A DNA stretch of 56,230 nt, counting the filler, from Squatina squatina (lineage: Eukaryota): the NCBI GenBank assembly GCA_031763465.1. It is 3 parts of 2 records of this genome, joined end to end, with 100 filler letters (N's around TTAATTAATTAA, not from the genome) between each part and the next. Parts side by side here need not be neighbours in the genome. Positions count along the whole stretch, not along the records: positions 1 to 17,248 come from JARFOE010000233.1; 2 more parts are not named here. One strand, given 5' to 3'. Positions 1 through 12,804 of the stretch are shown here, piece after piece. Both the position numbers and the translations under genes were made by a program. The notes below the pieces were generated by a model. That model had not been told where the DNA came from and searched no databases. It saw nothing but the letters and a program-made list of their open reading frames with translations. The stretch's first letter is position 1. Each line of letters starts with the position of its first letter.

Positions 1-987
1 CGCAAGAAGATATTATAGGACAGCGCATCGTTCCTGGTCCACTGAATATGATTGAATTTTCTTAAAGAGACACTCATATGAAATAAAACCGACAGAGTGA
101 TTTTTCATCTGTGTCTGTACCCACTGAAGCCTGTGGGTTAGATCATCATTGAAGCAGGAGGTCATACCATTCTAGGGATAAATGCTTTCCAGTTACTGGA
201 GCGTAGCGTAAACAATCCGTACAACATGATTGTCTGAATCATCCAACCATAGCCAATGAAAATAAAATCTAACAATGGCTTTAACTGTTCACTAAGCAAG
301 TCTGAGGACTAGCAGACACTCTATATGCAGTGTGCTGGTTTGTAGTTGTCACAATAGGGTGGACAACAAAAGCTAATTATTTGTTTCATGAAGCTTATTT
401 ACCTAATACGGTGGATAAAATGACCTGGAGTAAGTTATTTTTTGCTTTTAATTCAGGGAAGGCTTCGATATTTATTGGACTGCTGTATTAAACATTTAGG
501 AAGTTTTTTTCATAGTTAACTGGTCAGATAATAAGTCATTTTGGAATAATTAAGGAATCATTTAGCAATCAGAGTGTAAAAGACAATAAAATGCACACTA
601 AATAAACATAAAGGTCTGAGTGTTTAGTGCTGCACATAAGCAGTTTATTGCCTTTTAACTTGGACATTTTCAAATCTATTGCTATTATATATTTTTTTTA
701 ATAGGAGAAGGGAAGGAAATAAAATAAAATGCTGCCGGAATTTGCTGAAAACAAGAACAGTAGATGTCTGTTATTTATTTTTTATCCTGAGGGTGTCATT
801 ATGATAGAACAGTCAATGAACCAATTAGGACCCTTACTGGGAGAACATAATGTAAGTTGTTAATTAAGAATGTAATCCTATGTGTTTNNNNNNNNNNNNN
901 NNNNNNNNNNNNNNNNNNNNNNNNNNNNNNNNNNNNNNNNNNNNNNNNNNNNNNNNNNNNNNNNNNNNNNNNNNNNNNNNNNNNNNN

Positions 988-1700
988 GTTTTAAAAATTT
1001 CAGTTGACCCCCAGCCTCAGTTTTTTGGGGGCGAGAGTTCCAGATTTTTCACTGCCCTTTGTGTGAAGAAATGCTTTCTGACATCACCCCTGAGCGGCCT
1101 CGCTCTAATTTTAAGGTTATGCCCCTTTGTTCTGGACTCTCCCACCAGAGGAATTAGTTTCTATCTACCATATTAAATGATTTAATCATCTAAAATACTT
1201 CAATTAGATCATCCCTTAATCTTCTATATTCAAGGGGAATACAAGCCGAGTCTATGCAACCTGATCTCATAATTTAACCCTTTTATCCCAGGTATCATTC
1301 TGGTGAATGTGCACTGCATCTTCTCCAAGACCAATATGTCCTTCCTGAGGTGTTGTGCCCAGAACTTGAGTGCAGTCCTCTAGATGGTGTCTAAGCAGAA
1401 TTCTGTAGAGCTGTAACATAACTTCCATCCTTTGAGATGAAGGTTAATATTCCATTAGCCTTTCTAATTATTTTTTGTACCTGTCCACCAGCTTTTAGTG
1501 AGTCCTGTACTTGGACCCCTAAATCTCTCTGTTCCTCCACAGTTCCTAGCTTCCCACCATTTAGAAAATACTCTGATCTATCTTTTTTGGTTTCAAAGTG
1601 GATGATCTCGTACTTCTCCACATTGAACTCTATCTGCCACAGTTTTGCCCACTCATTTAATCTATAAGTGTCCCATTGCAACTTTCTGCTCCCATCTGCA
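988..1700 (-). mobile_element. CR1-clade (HER1-like) LINE fragment, ORF2 RT C-terminal part
   Basis: Minus ORF 1391-1681 reads RLNEWAKLWQIEFNVEK...QRDLGVQVQDSLK...KANGILTFI, a typical CR1 RT tail; degenerate. Confidence 0.85.
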
Positions 1701-1800
1701 CNNNNNNNNNNNNNNNNNNNNNNNNNNNNNNNNNNNNNNNNNNNNNNNNNNNNNNNNNNNNNNNNNNNNNNNNNNNNNNNNNNNNNNNNNNNNNNNNNNN

Positions 1801-2040
1801 NAAAGGCTTTAGTTATGAGGAGAGACCAGTGAAACTGGGGCTCCTTTCACTAGAACAGAGAAGGTTAAGAGCAGATTGAAATGATGAGGAATTTTGATAA
1901 GTTAAATTGGGAAATCTATTTCCATCGGTCAGTGAGTCAGTAAATAGAAAGCATAAGTTTAAGATCGTCGCCAAAGAACAACAGAAGAAATTAGAAGAAA
2001 TATTTTTATACAGAGGGCTTGAAGTTTCCTCTGCATTTGT
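1801..2040 (+). mobile_element. CR1 LINE 3' ORF2 fragment
   Basis: KGFSYEERPVKLGLLSLEQRRLRAD is the CR1 ORF2 end motif. Confidence 0.75.
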
Positions 2041-2066
2041 GGCCAGAGACACACGCACATACTTAC

Positions 2067-2156
2067 AATACACCCAGGTCTCCTCGATCTTTTACGGCTG
2101 TCCATCCAAACCAATCTTGGCCCACAAAACTGGCCAGGCCCCCAACTCTTAAATGC
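2067..2156 (-). CDS. Candidate 90-nt internal exon of an unidentified gene
   Basis: Bounded by atag| and |gtaagt on the minus strand, length divisible by 3, open frame HLRVGGLASFVGQDWFGWTAVKDRGDLGV. The polypyrimidine tract is weak. Confidence 0.3.
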
Positions 2157-3012
2157 CTATATCCTCTAATTGTGCTTGTTCACAGGGTCTCTTCACATTG
2201 TGACCAGATTTTTCGGCACAGCAGAAACAAAAGTGAATCTTCTGATGTTTTATTGCAATTCTTTAAGAGTTTTAAAAGAAAAATTATCCTCACTGAAACC
2301 TGCTCTGTATTTTCTGTTGCTTTTAATGCACATTTATGGCAAAAGTATAAGTCACAATAAAAATTGAAATAGATCCCCAATTGCAGGAGGTTAATATGCT
2401 ATGCCTGATGTGGATGAATGATGGTTAAATGAGTTGAAACTTAAATGTTCATACTTAAAAAAGAAATATATGGTGTGGGTTTGTGCTTTCCTTGGGTCCT
2501 GATTATTTACGCCCATTTATGCACCTTTTTAGGTCGAGCCTATTTTAATGAGATTGGGAGGGTACTTCGGCATAACTTTACATTGCCAAAATAGGTGTGA
2601 CATTGGCCGTATTTTCGGGTCTAACTTCTGGGTTGCTCCAACAAAGGAAATTGAAGGCCAGAGGGCTGTTTGTACATACTGTAATGCACCTTATCAAAAT
2701 TGCAGTGAAAGCAGAATCATAATAGTTTTTAAAAAGGGAAGCAAATAAATATTTGAAGAATGTTATAGGGAAGGTGAATATCAGTTTTTCCTCCTGGGGC
2801 ATGCACCATCTGACCCAACACATTCGTGGGCAGCCAATTTTAAACCTCCATCTACACTGCTGTTGAACAACTGTTAGAAAGTGTACAGAAGTATCTTGGT
2901 GATGACGCTCATTCCTAAATTTCTCTTCCCTCCTGTGGGGGACATGCCTGTCTTTCACTCACTATCCTCATTATCACAACTGAGATTTGTTACTGAGTAC
3001 TGTGTAGAATGT

Positions 3013-3108
3013 TAGAAACATAGAAAATAGGTGCAGGAGAAGGCCATTCAGCCCTTCGAGCCTGCACCGCCATTCAACTCTATCATGGCTGATCTTTCAA
3101 CTCAGTAC
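3013..3108 (-). mobile_element. CR1/HER1 (or HE1 SINE) 3' tail
   Basis: agaaacatagaaaataggtgcaggag...ggccattcagcccttcgagcctgcacc...gatc is the reverse complement of the CR1 3' end seen more than 10 times in the window. Confidence 0.8.
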
Positions 3109-4769
3109 NNNNNNNNNNNNNNNNNNNNNNNNNNNNNNNNNNNNNNNNNNNNNNNNNNNNNNNNNNNNNNNNNNNNNNNNNNNNNNNNNNNNNNNNNNNN
3201 NNNNNNNNTCCTCTGTTACATGGATATATGTTAATAAAAATTCAGTTTACCCTTCAGAAAGTTCTGATTTTAAAAATAACATTTTCCGATTTATATAATT
3301 TACCTCCCACAGATTTAGCGAGACTATCCCTCATTATAATAGAACAGGTGTCAGTTAGTTCGGCTTTATTAGAGCAACTGGAGCATGTTAATTGACTAAT
3401 AAGTATTTTAATCAGCTGCTTAATTATAATCCCAGTTTCGAACTGGAGGTATTTTCGAACCATTTATTTCTTAGACAAACCCAATTGGTGTCCAATTCAT
3501 GATAATGCATTATAGATGACCCCTCACTAAGTAATTATGTTCAGCACCAGAAACTGGCAACAACACGTGTAGCAAAGCACAGGGTGGGCATCTGGAACTT
3601 CAATTAATATGAGCTGCATGAAGGACTTGGAAATGTTTTCTCACTCTGTTTGGGTTTCTAATGATTACTTTGGGAGGTCAGTAAAACTTACACAGTGGTC
3701 ATCTCTGGAGAATCACTTTGTATCCCAGGCTCTGGACCTTAACCCTTGTCCCTTGCTGCACAGTTGCCAAGTGCCAGAAACTAATTTTAGTGAGATTATT
3801 GGACAAAGTGAACCAAAACCTAAGACTCTACTCCTTATCCTGCCATAAAAGCCATATTACTTTGCTCTTATTGTTACTATTTCCACCCATAATATTTCAG
3901 CCATCTCCTCTCCTGTTGTCATATCCACTTCACCAATAACTGTTGCACCATTTTGTTTCCCAACCATATTATATTCCACTCACTTTAATAGATCTTTCTC
4001 TGCACAACCTCTAAACCCTTTTAGTTCAACCTCACGTTCATCTCCTGAGTGCAAAATCCTTTTATCTAGCTGCATTTAAGAGCTCTTTGAAATGTACAGC
4101 TCATGCATTTTTCCGAGCCAGAAACAAAAGTAAAGATCTTTCTCATTTGTCCTGCTTTTCACTATATGCAATAATCTAAAAAAAACTAACATTTTGAATA
4201 AGGCAAGGGCTGATCTCCATATTTTTAAAATTAAAATCACAATATTTTGTGCAGTGTAGGAATTAAAATCCAATTAATTTAAATATATTTGCAGTGATAG
4301 AATATGTAACTAATAATGTTATCAATGCACTCTTAAAAATANNNNNNNNNNNNNNNNNNNNNNNNNNNNNNNNNNNNNNNNNNNNNNNNNNNNNNNNNNN
4401 NNNNNNNNNNNNNNNNNNNNNNNNNNNNNNNNNNNNNNNNNGTTGTGCAGGCCAGCTTTAATTGGATCTAGTCTTGCACAAACTTGGGCCCCCTGCTGAG
4501 CATTCAGCCCTCAGCTGCCGGCATCATGCACAGAAGCAAGCGGCACAAATTTTACCTGCTGCCTGCCGTCCTCTGTACAGACACGGGTTCCTATCACATC
4601 CTCCAGCCCAGTTTCAGGGGCTACCAAAATTCTAAGTTGCTCATTTCTAATTTACCTTTCTTGGCCTGCGGTGTCCCATAACTGCAACACTGTTTGCTCT
4701 CCATCAACAACCAAAGTTTTCATCTGAAAATCGACTCCTGTATGAAAAATGAGAATACAAGAATTAGGA

Positions 4770-5281
4770 AGATAAGAACTCGATGCTCCTCGATGACATC
4801 TATAGGCACAGGGTCAAATTCCATTTGTATGCTGACAATACCCAGCTTTACTGCTACCTCACCATCATTCTCCACAGCACACAACTACCTCTGTGCTATC
4901 AGATTGCCTGTCTGAAATTAAATTATGGGCAAGTCAAAATTTCTTACCATGAAAATCTGCTCCCTTGACACTGCCTCCGTACCCTCCTCAGCTACACGCT
5001 CAGGCTTAATCAAGCCGTGCAATACCTTGGTATTCTGTTCAACTAAGAGCTGTGTTTTAAAACCATGTCCCATTCATTACTAAGACTACTTGTATACATC
5101 TCCATGACACTGCCTACCACACAAACCTTTGCTGCACTTTGGTACCTCTAGATTGATTTCAACATCCTTCTTCCATCCTCCACCTCCCCATAAATGCCAC
5201 CCTCCACCTCCCCATAAATGCCACCCTCCACCTCCCCATAAATGCCAATGTGTCCAAAACTCAGCTGCTTTCACCCTGTCA
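4770..5281 (+). mobile_element. L2-type LINE RT fragment
   Basis: [15 protein letters not shown] matches the L2 FHxYADDTQLY motif and is followed by a decayed RT tail. Confidence 0.7.
5173..5247. repeat. 24-bp tandem repeat x3 (ccaccctccacctccccataaatg)
   Basis: Three near-perfect units start at 5173, 5197 and 5221. Confidence 0.95.
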
Positions 5282-6260
5282 NNNNNNNNNNNNNNNNNNN
5301 NNNNNNNNNNNNNNNNNNNNNNNNNNNNNNNNNNNNNNNNNNNNNNNNNNNNNNNNNNNNNNNNNNNNNNNNNNNNNNNNNGCATTGTGATTTTTACATG
5401 CACATTACCTCTTGGGAGGGAGGAGATGGTGCATAATAAAGAGATTAGCAGCACTTAATGGGCAGCAGCTTTTTTGGGGCTAAGACACCAGAATCGCTGA
5501 AGGAGTTCCCAGAATTGCCCCCTTTTAGCAAAAAAAGCCTGGAGGTATTATTGGACCCTAATAAAAGTGGCAATTTTTAGGGTAGAGGCAAATCCTCCAT
5601 AGAGCCGGTGTACTTTAAAGGATGGCAGGAAGTGAATGCAGTGTATTGGGAGCAGATGAGAATCATTTTCTCCAGACGAGGGAGAGTTCCAAGGTAGTAA
5701 ACAGCATTTTGCTAAAACAATATCCCTTTAAGTAAACACACCAGGGTGTGAAAATGTAAGGCTGGTGAATTTAAAGAGGCCCAGATTATTCAGAGACACC
5801 ACATACATCAGAAAAAGTGTATCCATTTAAAGTATTATTTAGCAATTTTAAAAAGAGACACTTACTGAAGCATTTCAATTTGCTGTGTTAGGCTGTCTCT
5901 ATCATCTGTATACCCTCTGACCATGGCATGATCCCTGCAGTAGAAATAANNNNNNNNNNAACAGAATAAGATGGGTTAAAAAAACACATTCTTTTACACA
6001 AAGCTGTGTGCAGCACCTGTAGTGAGTGCTCTCTAACTTAGTTATTTCTATTTCTTTTACCTTTCTAAATTCAAACTCTGATCGGCATAATCACTTTTCA
6101 AAGTATCTATTTCACTCTGCAGCAGCATTAGATTTGTCTGTGCTTCAAGTTGTTCTTTCCGCAGTTTATCATTTTCCTAAAAGACAGCAAAAAAAAAGCA
6201 TTAACATTCCTTGACTGAACTCTGTTTTCTAGCCTCAGCACCCTTGCTCATAAACTTCAC

Positions 6261-6490
6261 TCATGTGTTCTTGTAAATTGATAACTGACTGGGCAACAAG
6301 GTGGGATAATGCATCACATCTGTGACTCCTAAACTCATTACAGGTATAACATCTGAAGGAGGTACTATATTTCCCCCCGGGTATTTTCCCCAGAAGGAAA
6401 GAGAAGCTGAAGGGGTCAGATACCAGAGGACAATCTCACGCCATTTTTGTACAGGCTGTAAGCGGTGCTTCAAGTGAAGGAGCAGATTTC
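6261..6490 (-). CDS. Candidate exon of an unidentified gene
   Basis: After cttgcacag| only one frame is open: NLLLHLKHRLQPVQKWREIVLWYLTPSASLSFWGKYPGGNIVPP... Non-repetitive; no homologue recognised. Confidence 0.25.
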
Positions 6491-7809
6491 TGTGCAAGCT
6501 ACCAAATCACCTTCTTGGCCACAGATAGTGTATAGCAGGAGGAGAATTACTAGAATAACAATGTAATGATACAGTTTAACTTGCCAATTTTTTCCCCCTT
6601 CTATCCGTTCATGAATTCTCTCCTTCCTGGGGTGCAGTTGTACGGAAACACACTAAAGTGGTTATTCACTATGAGCCCTGACAGAGAGTTGCATGTTATG
6701 CAACCATGGGAAGCACCACAGTAAAGCTTGATTTTGTCTGCACCCAATATCCATACATGCACATTTCCAGCAGAGGTTGCAGGATAGCAATCAGGCTAAT
6801 ATTTACCTTTCCCAACTCTGGGGTACTGAGGCTAATTTTAGTACCTCCACTGCTAACTCACCAGTAACTGGGAGCATACCCGAGACATTCTCACACTCAG
6901 TTGCTCATTAGATAAAGTAATTAAATCATTGGGAAAAAAAGTGATAAAAACAGCTTTGAGAGAAATCCTCAAACGTTCATAAGGGTGGCTGATTTTTGAA
7001 CAGCTGCTTTCAAATGTGGAAAAACTGCAATGTGCATACAGGGTTCATTTTATGATGTCGCACTGCTAGCGCAGAATGTTACACAACAAATTCAAATGAA
7101 CGGATGGAAAATCTTGCGACCCATGAGTCTCCGCACCTGAAAGATATTTGTATCACTAGGTCAAGAGATTTTGTGCAATGTGACACCCCCCAAAAATCTT
7201 AGGAACTTCTGCACTGACTTGGTGTAACATCTCGATCTTGCAGAAAAATGCCAGAGGCAGTAAATTAATGATAATAATTGGCATTTAATGATTATGTGAC
7301 AAAACTTGCCCTTTTTCTTCCCCGAAGGAGCAGCACTTGTGCTGCTGCACAGCATTTCCCACTCTGCTGTTCCGGTTCCCCACCACAAGTCCGCTGCTTG
7401 ATGTTTAATCAGCGGCACGAAGCACAGGTCAGGGCAAACTCTCCACTGCAGCAAGCGAGGCAGTGGCTGACGGCCTTGTAATCCAGGACAGCACATTGTC
7501 CCAAAGGCCTGCCAGCCTTTCAGTTCTGATGCTGATTCATGTAAACTAACACTGGAGAATAATTTTCATTGGCCGTGTTTCCTTGCTGATTAAAAGAAAA
7601 ATATGATAATGTTATTGTTTTTGTGCGCCTGGGTCCCCTTGGGACAGGCGCTGAATTTATCAGGCTGCACTTACTGAGAAGTGAGCGATTTACTTCAGGT
7701 GCTGACAATCTGCGATCCCCAATTGGTTTGATGCCCTTTAAGGATTCCTTTTGTATTGTGGTATCAGTAAACACTGCATCCAAATTGCAGAGAACTTCCA
7801 TGGTTTTTG

Positions 7810-8190
7810 ATCTTCACATTTAACATGCAGGTGCGGCAAGCAATTCGGAAAGCAAATTGTATGTTTATTAGAAAAGGACTGGAGTACAAGAGTAAAGAGG
7901 TCTTGCTGCGATTATACTGGGCTTTGGTGAGAACACACCTGGAGCACTGTGTACAGTTGTGGGTCTCCTTACCTAAAGAACATAACATAAGTACTAGGAG
8001 CAGGAGTCGGCCATTCGGCCCCTTGAGCCNNNNNNNNNNNNNNNNNNNNNNNNNNNNNNNNNNNNNNNNNNNNNNNNNNNNNNNNNNNNNNNNNNNNNNN
8101 NNNNNNNNNNNNNNNNNNNNNNNNNNNNNCGGAGCAGGCTCGAAGGGCCGAATGGCCTACTCCTGCTCCTATTTTCTTTGTTTCTATGTT
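7810..8190 (+). mobile_element. CR1 LINE fragments (RT tail and 3' ends)
   Basis: MQVRQAIRKAN...GLEYKSKEVLLRLYWALVRTHLEHCVQLW plus the 3' tail ggctcgaagggccgaatggcctactcctgctcc. Confidence 0.85.
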
Positions 8191-10986
8191 TCTATGGTCA
8201 TCCTGATTTTCAAAGAGCTGACTACAAGGATACCCAGATAATTGGTATAAAACCTATTTACATTTGTTGCATCTACCTCAGTGCATGCCTAAACCTGAAA
8301 CCTGTGGGGCCCCTACGAGTGCCTGCGCACCTTGTACGCATCAGTAGGGGACACAAATTCAGCCCCATTATTTTGGCTGCATTCTGATTGGCTGGCTTCT
8401 GTCCTTCATGTCTGAAGAATTTGTGTGGCACAAAATGCCAGGAGGAAACCTGGGACTCTGGGAGCTCCTGCCATTTTAATTGCAAGTCATTAGACATGAC
8501 CAGAACTATGATTTACTAAAGCAGTTGTAGGAAAAGAAGAAATAGCCACCATAATCATAATCTGTCTCAATTCTCTATTGTCCCTCTTATAAATTAAAGT
8601 GGCAATTTTTTAGATCTTTCTCCCGTGTGTCATGTAGTGATGCATTTTCTTTGCTTAATGTTTGCTGCAACTTGCCAGATCTTTTCCTATCTTGATTATC
8701 ACTAAATCATATATTACCTATTTCCAAAGAATTGCCTTTGCTATAAAATTGTCTATGAACAACCGACCATAAAATTTATTCCTTGCACCCTTGTAAAGGC
8801 TTGACCACTCACGTTAGAATTTCACGAGATCAGCCATAGAAGGTCTGAAACTAGTACTGAAATTCAAAGTGAACAACATCAAGGAACTAAAAGGATACCA
8901 ATCAGTGCTCATTCAATGGAGCTGCTTGCTGACATAGTTCTGTGGTTGACATCAACTGAGTGAGCCATGGGCATCTTCCCAATCTGAAATATTTCCATGA
9001 GCCTGCAAGAAAAGTATTGAAGTTAAGATTTTTCCTATCAAATTAGGTGATTTTTTAAAAACAAAAACTTTAATATGGAATACCCAAAAGTGGAAATTAT
9101 TTTGCATTGAAAGTACCACTCCCCCAGTAAGGTTTATGCTTAATCTTACAAAAGTGCCATTTTCATTAAAAATGACATGTATAATGAAATTCCATGTGAT
9201 TTATTAATTTGCGGAATGATTATACTAAAACAGCATACAATCCAGTACAATCAACATTAAATCTAAAGTTAGAAACTAAATCTTTCCCTCATTAAATAAA
9301 AAACGGATACATTTTTAATTGTGAGCTACAGGAATTTAATAGGAATTGGTTGTCATTATACATTACTTTTATGCAGCATCACCACCAAGAAACAACTGTG
9401 GAGCAAATTGAAACTATTGACAGCATAAACCTGATTCACACAGAGAGCTCTATAATCCTACAACGCAGAAGTTAATTTAGGGTGTAAAGGAATGGGGCAG
9501 GGAGGGTTACAGGCAGGGTTACATTCTTCCCTTCCTCTGTTGCTTATGTGCTTATCTCTAAGCTAGGAAACACAATTGTGATTACAATCTGTAGCAGGGT
9601 TACAGGTCAGTTGTATTCTGCTATAACAATCCTTGTTCTGTTCATAATGTTCCTTTAGTTGGGTACAAACACGGCTTGCTACATTTAACTTGGTATATGT
9701 TACATAACATTCAGTGACTGACAGTTTCTGGGTAGCCTGCCTAAAGCTTTTCTGAATGTACTTTCTGTGGCTGCTGTGCACAGGTGGGTGTGGTAGCACT
9801 TTTATAATTGGATGAATAGTGCAAAGGCTGTAACCCTTTCCATTAATTAGCTCAATAGATCTTTGGCTTCATAAAAGCTAAGCATATGGACGACAAGGTG
9901 TCCCAATTCATCAGCACCATGTTGCCAGTGTTAGGTGATGCAAAAAAGGGTCTGTTAGCGCCGGGTTGAAGTTCCTGCAAAGTGATGAGGAATTGGTCTC
10001 TTTAAAAAAAATTCAGTGGTAGTGCTAATGGGGATTAGTGGAGGCACTATTCAGGTCAGCTGTGGCTCTCAGAGTGAAAAGCATTCTCAACGTGACCAAT
10101 TCCAGGAGCAATGTAGTTGGTGCTAATCACTTTCCAGACCACTCCAGCCCTNNNNNNNNNNNNNNNNNNNNNNNNNNNNNNNNNNNNNNNNNNNNNNNNN
10201 NNNNNNNNNNNNNNNNNNNNNNNNNNNNNNNNNNNNNNNNNNNNNNNNNNNCCATCAAGGTGAGGAGTTCAGGTCGCTAGAAGGGCACAATTCCCACAAT
10301 TAGTGCGACAGAACGGGTTGAGTAATTTTGGTCGCAAGATGTCTAGAGAATTTAAGTGAAAGAAAAAATGGAGAGGCACAAACCTATTCCATTATGTGTA
10401 GCTCCTGAGGGTCTGCTCAAGAACAGCACAAGCAGAGCAAGTAGCCTGCCTGCCCTATCAGCAAAATGGTTTATGGCATAAAGGCCCACAAAGTGTGGAG
10501 GAAAAAAAGAACAGATTAAGGGGCAGAAATTGTTATTGGTGATGTTATTATACCTATCAAACTATTTTCCCTGTTATTTTAACCAAGGCATAATCCATTT
10601 ATTTAAAATGAGTTAATGGAGAGGCTAATTTAATGTGAGTGCACCAACCATTTGGACATTAACAGCACCACCAGCGATTTCTACCCTTACAAAGACTAAT
10701 CGGATACAGGTTTGTGTTTGTACATGGTGAATTCCTAATCTGAACTGGGGTATCTGATGGTGCAATCTCCTAGAGGGAAACAAGGAATATCAAAGACTTA
10801 CTTTAGCCACACTCATGGAGCTTGGCTCAAAATGGCATACACAGCATTTATCTTTCCTTAATGTTCCTGCTTAATTTTGCATGACGCAATTCACAAGCAT
10901 GATCACCATTACTTTATGCCAGACATCTGTTTAGAGGCGTGCCATTTATAGTAACATGAGAATATGTAATGCCTGATAGTATTTAC

Positions 10987-11114
10987 CTTACCAACCTTTG
11001 ATCCAGGATGTGGTTTCACTGCTCCAAGACAATGAAAGCCTGAAGCAGTGAGTCCTGTTGCCAAACTTGAATGGCAACAAATATGTTTCTTATGGCTCAG
11101 TTGTCCAGGATTTC
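10987..11114 (-). CDS. Candidate internal exon, possibly of the same gene as the 12805-14050 exon
   Basis: tttag| acceptor, |gtaag or |gtaaat donors, and open frame NPGQLSHKKHICCHSSLATGLTASGFHCLGAVKPHPGSKVGK. Confidence 0.35.
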
Positions 11115-11904
11115 CTAAATACACTTACAACAGTAAAAGTACATTTTTTACTTTCTGATGACTGCATATCCACCAGGTGGATTCAAGCCAACACATTCCC
11201 TCAGATTCTAAAATATTTAAATTAGCTACAATTATGATGCAGAGAAATCCTATCTATGTACTTCCTCCCCAATTAAACATTTTCCCTGACCTTAACGTAA
11301 CTGGGAGATGATTAAGTATCCTTTTCGTAGATCATAAAACACAGAAGGAGGCCATTCGGCCCATCGTGCCTGTGCTCTTCCCTATCTCCTCTCCAATTTG
11401 TTTTACACCAAAACAATCCAATAATAATTCTCCTGATGGCTCAGATGATTAAGACATGATCAGCTGAGCCATTAGCAGCAACATATACACGTGGAGCCAT
11501 ACTACAGCAAGTGTCAATGACTTAAGGAGAAGAGAGGGGATAAAACTAAAACTAGCAGGAGAAAAAGAGATCCAATAGCATTTACCTATATTGATTTGCA
11601 AGCAAATTTACAATGGGTGCATTGGTAATGATGATAATTTCCTTTAGAGATACTTCTTAGCATTTCAGCTCTCAAAAAATTGACAAACAAGAAATCTGCT
11701 ACAAACACTTCCTTCTGGAAATAAGATATTTTCCTGAAACTGTTTACATTTGTGGCTCTCTTTAAAATAGGTACTTGCACAATGTGCATGAGTTCAGATC
11801 AATAATTAGTATAAGAAAGAAGACCGGGAGAACCAAGAGGAAAGCAGGAGATGTAACAGCTGATTCCCTGATCGGGCACTCCTGGTGAGGAGTCCCGCGC
11901 CAAG

Positions 11905-12125
11905 TCCCGCATGTCCATCACCCTTATCCTTGCTGACCTACGTTAGCTCCCCGTTGTCCAACGTCCCTAATTTAAAACGTTCCTCTTTGTGTTTAATTTC
12001 CTTTATAGCCTTGCTCGTCACAATCTCTGCAACCTCCACTAGTCCTACAAATACCTTCAGAACTCTCCATTCCTCTGTCTCTGTCGTACTGTGTAACCCC
12101 CCCTCCTTTTGCCATACATTCAACT
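11905..12125 (+). mobile_element. L2 LINE 3' fragment
   Basis: catcacccttatccttgctgacctacgttagctcccc resembles the L2 'ITPVLADLHWLP' region; decayed. Confidence 0.55.
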
Positions 12126-12499
12126 GTCAAGGGCCACACTCTGAAATTTCATGTACAGCCACTCCTCACCAGGAGCACCTAATTGGGGAAATATCCCTCT
12201 TGTTTCCAGATTTCTATCAATTCCATGCTGTAATTAGTCTAGCGACTAATAGGCAAGCCAGGGATAAGAAAAGGTCAATTGGCCTGAGGACGTTCAACTC
12301 TCGAGTATGTTAACTCTCCCAATGTGGCATTTGATTGTATTTTGAACAGACTTCATTAAACCATTAAAAACTTGCATTTCTTTAACAGCTTTTAATATAG
12401 GGAACAACAGCTTTAGATGTTTTTCAAAGGGAGAATGGAACAGATGCCGAAACTTACTGGGAGAGTTAGGAGGTGAGTAAAGCTTGGTCAAAGACTACT

Positions 12500-12704
12500 T
12501 TTCAGAAAGCTTTTGAAGACTGAGAAGTAGAGAGATGTAGGGGTTTAGGGAGGGAGTTCCAGAGACTGGGGCCAATGCAACCAAAGGCTCTGCCACCAAT
12601 AGCAAAATGGGAATGGGAAATGGAAATGTACAGGATGCCACAGGACTGGAGGGCATGAGACAGGAGTATGCAGAGGTAGGGCAGGGCAAAGCCATGGATT
12701 GATT
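12500..12704 (-). mobile_element. L2 LINE 3' fragment
   Basis: The minus strand shows the L2 tail pattern (GGRAF...WNSLP-like; agggagggagttccagag on plus). Confidence 0.55.
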
Positions 12705-12804
12705 NNNNNNNNNNNNNNNNNNNNNNNNNNNNNNNNNNNNNNNNNNNNNNNNNNNNNNNNNNNNNNNNNNNNNNNNNNNNNNNNNNNNNNNNNNNNNNNN
12801 NNNN

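Noticed and set aside
1-90. Possible terminal coding exon (QEDIIGQRIVPGPLNMIEFS* or ARRYYRTAHRSWSTEYD*) followed by AATAAA
   Set aside because: Too short, truncated at the window edge, two equally plausible frames and no recognised homologue.
2548-2958. Overlapping ORFs on both strands (66 aa with CxxC; 126 aa)
   Set aside because: No recognisable domain or consistent splice pair; the left part looks like a decayed foldback repeat.
5086-5458. His/Pro- and Trp/Gly-repeat ORFs
   Set aside because: They are translations of the 24-bp tandem repeat read through an N gap.
12545-12704. C-terminal part of the 446-aa ORF
   Set aside because: It lies beyond a placeholder gap and is L2 sequence, not part of the exon.
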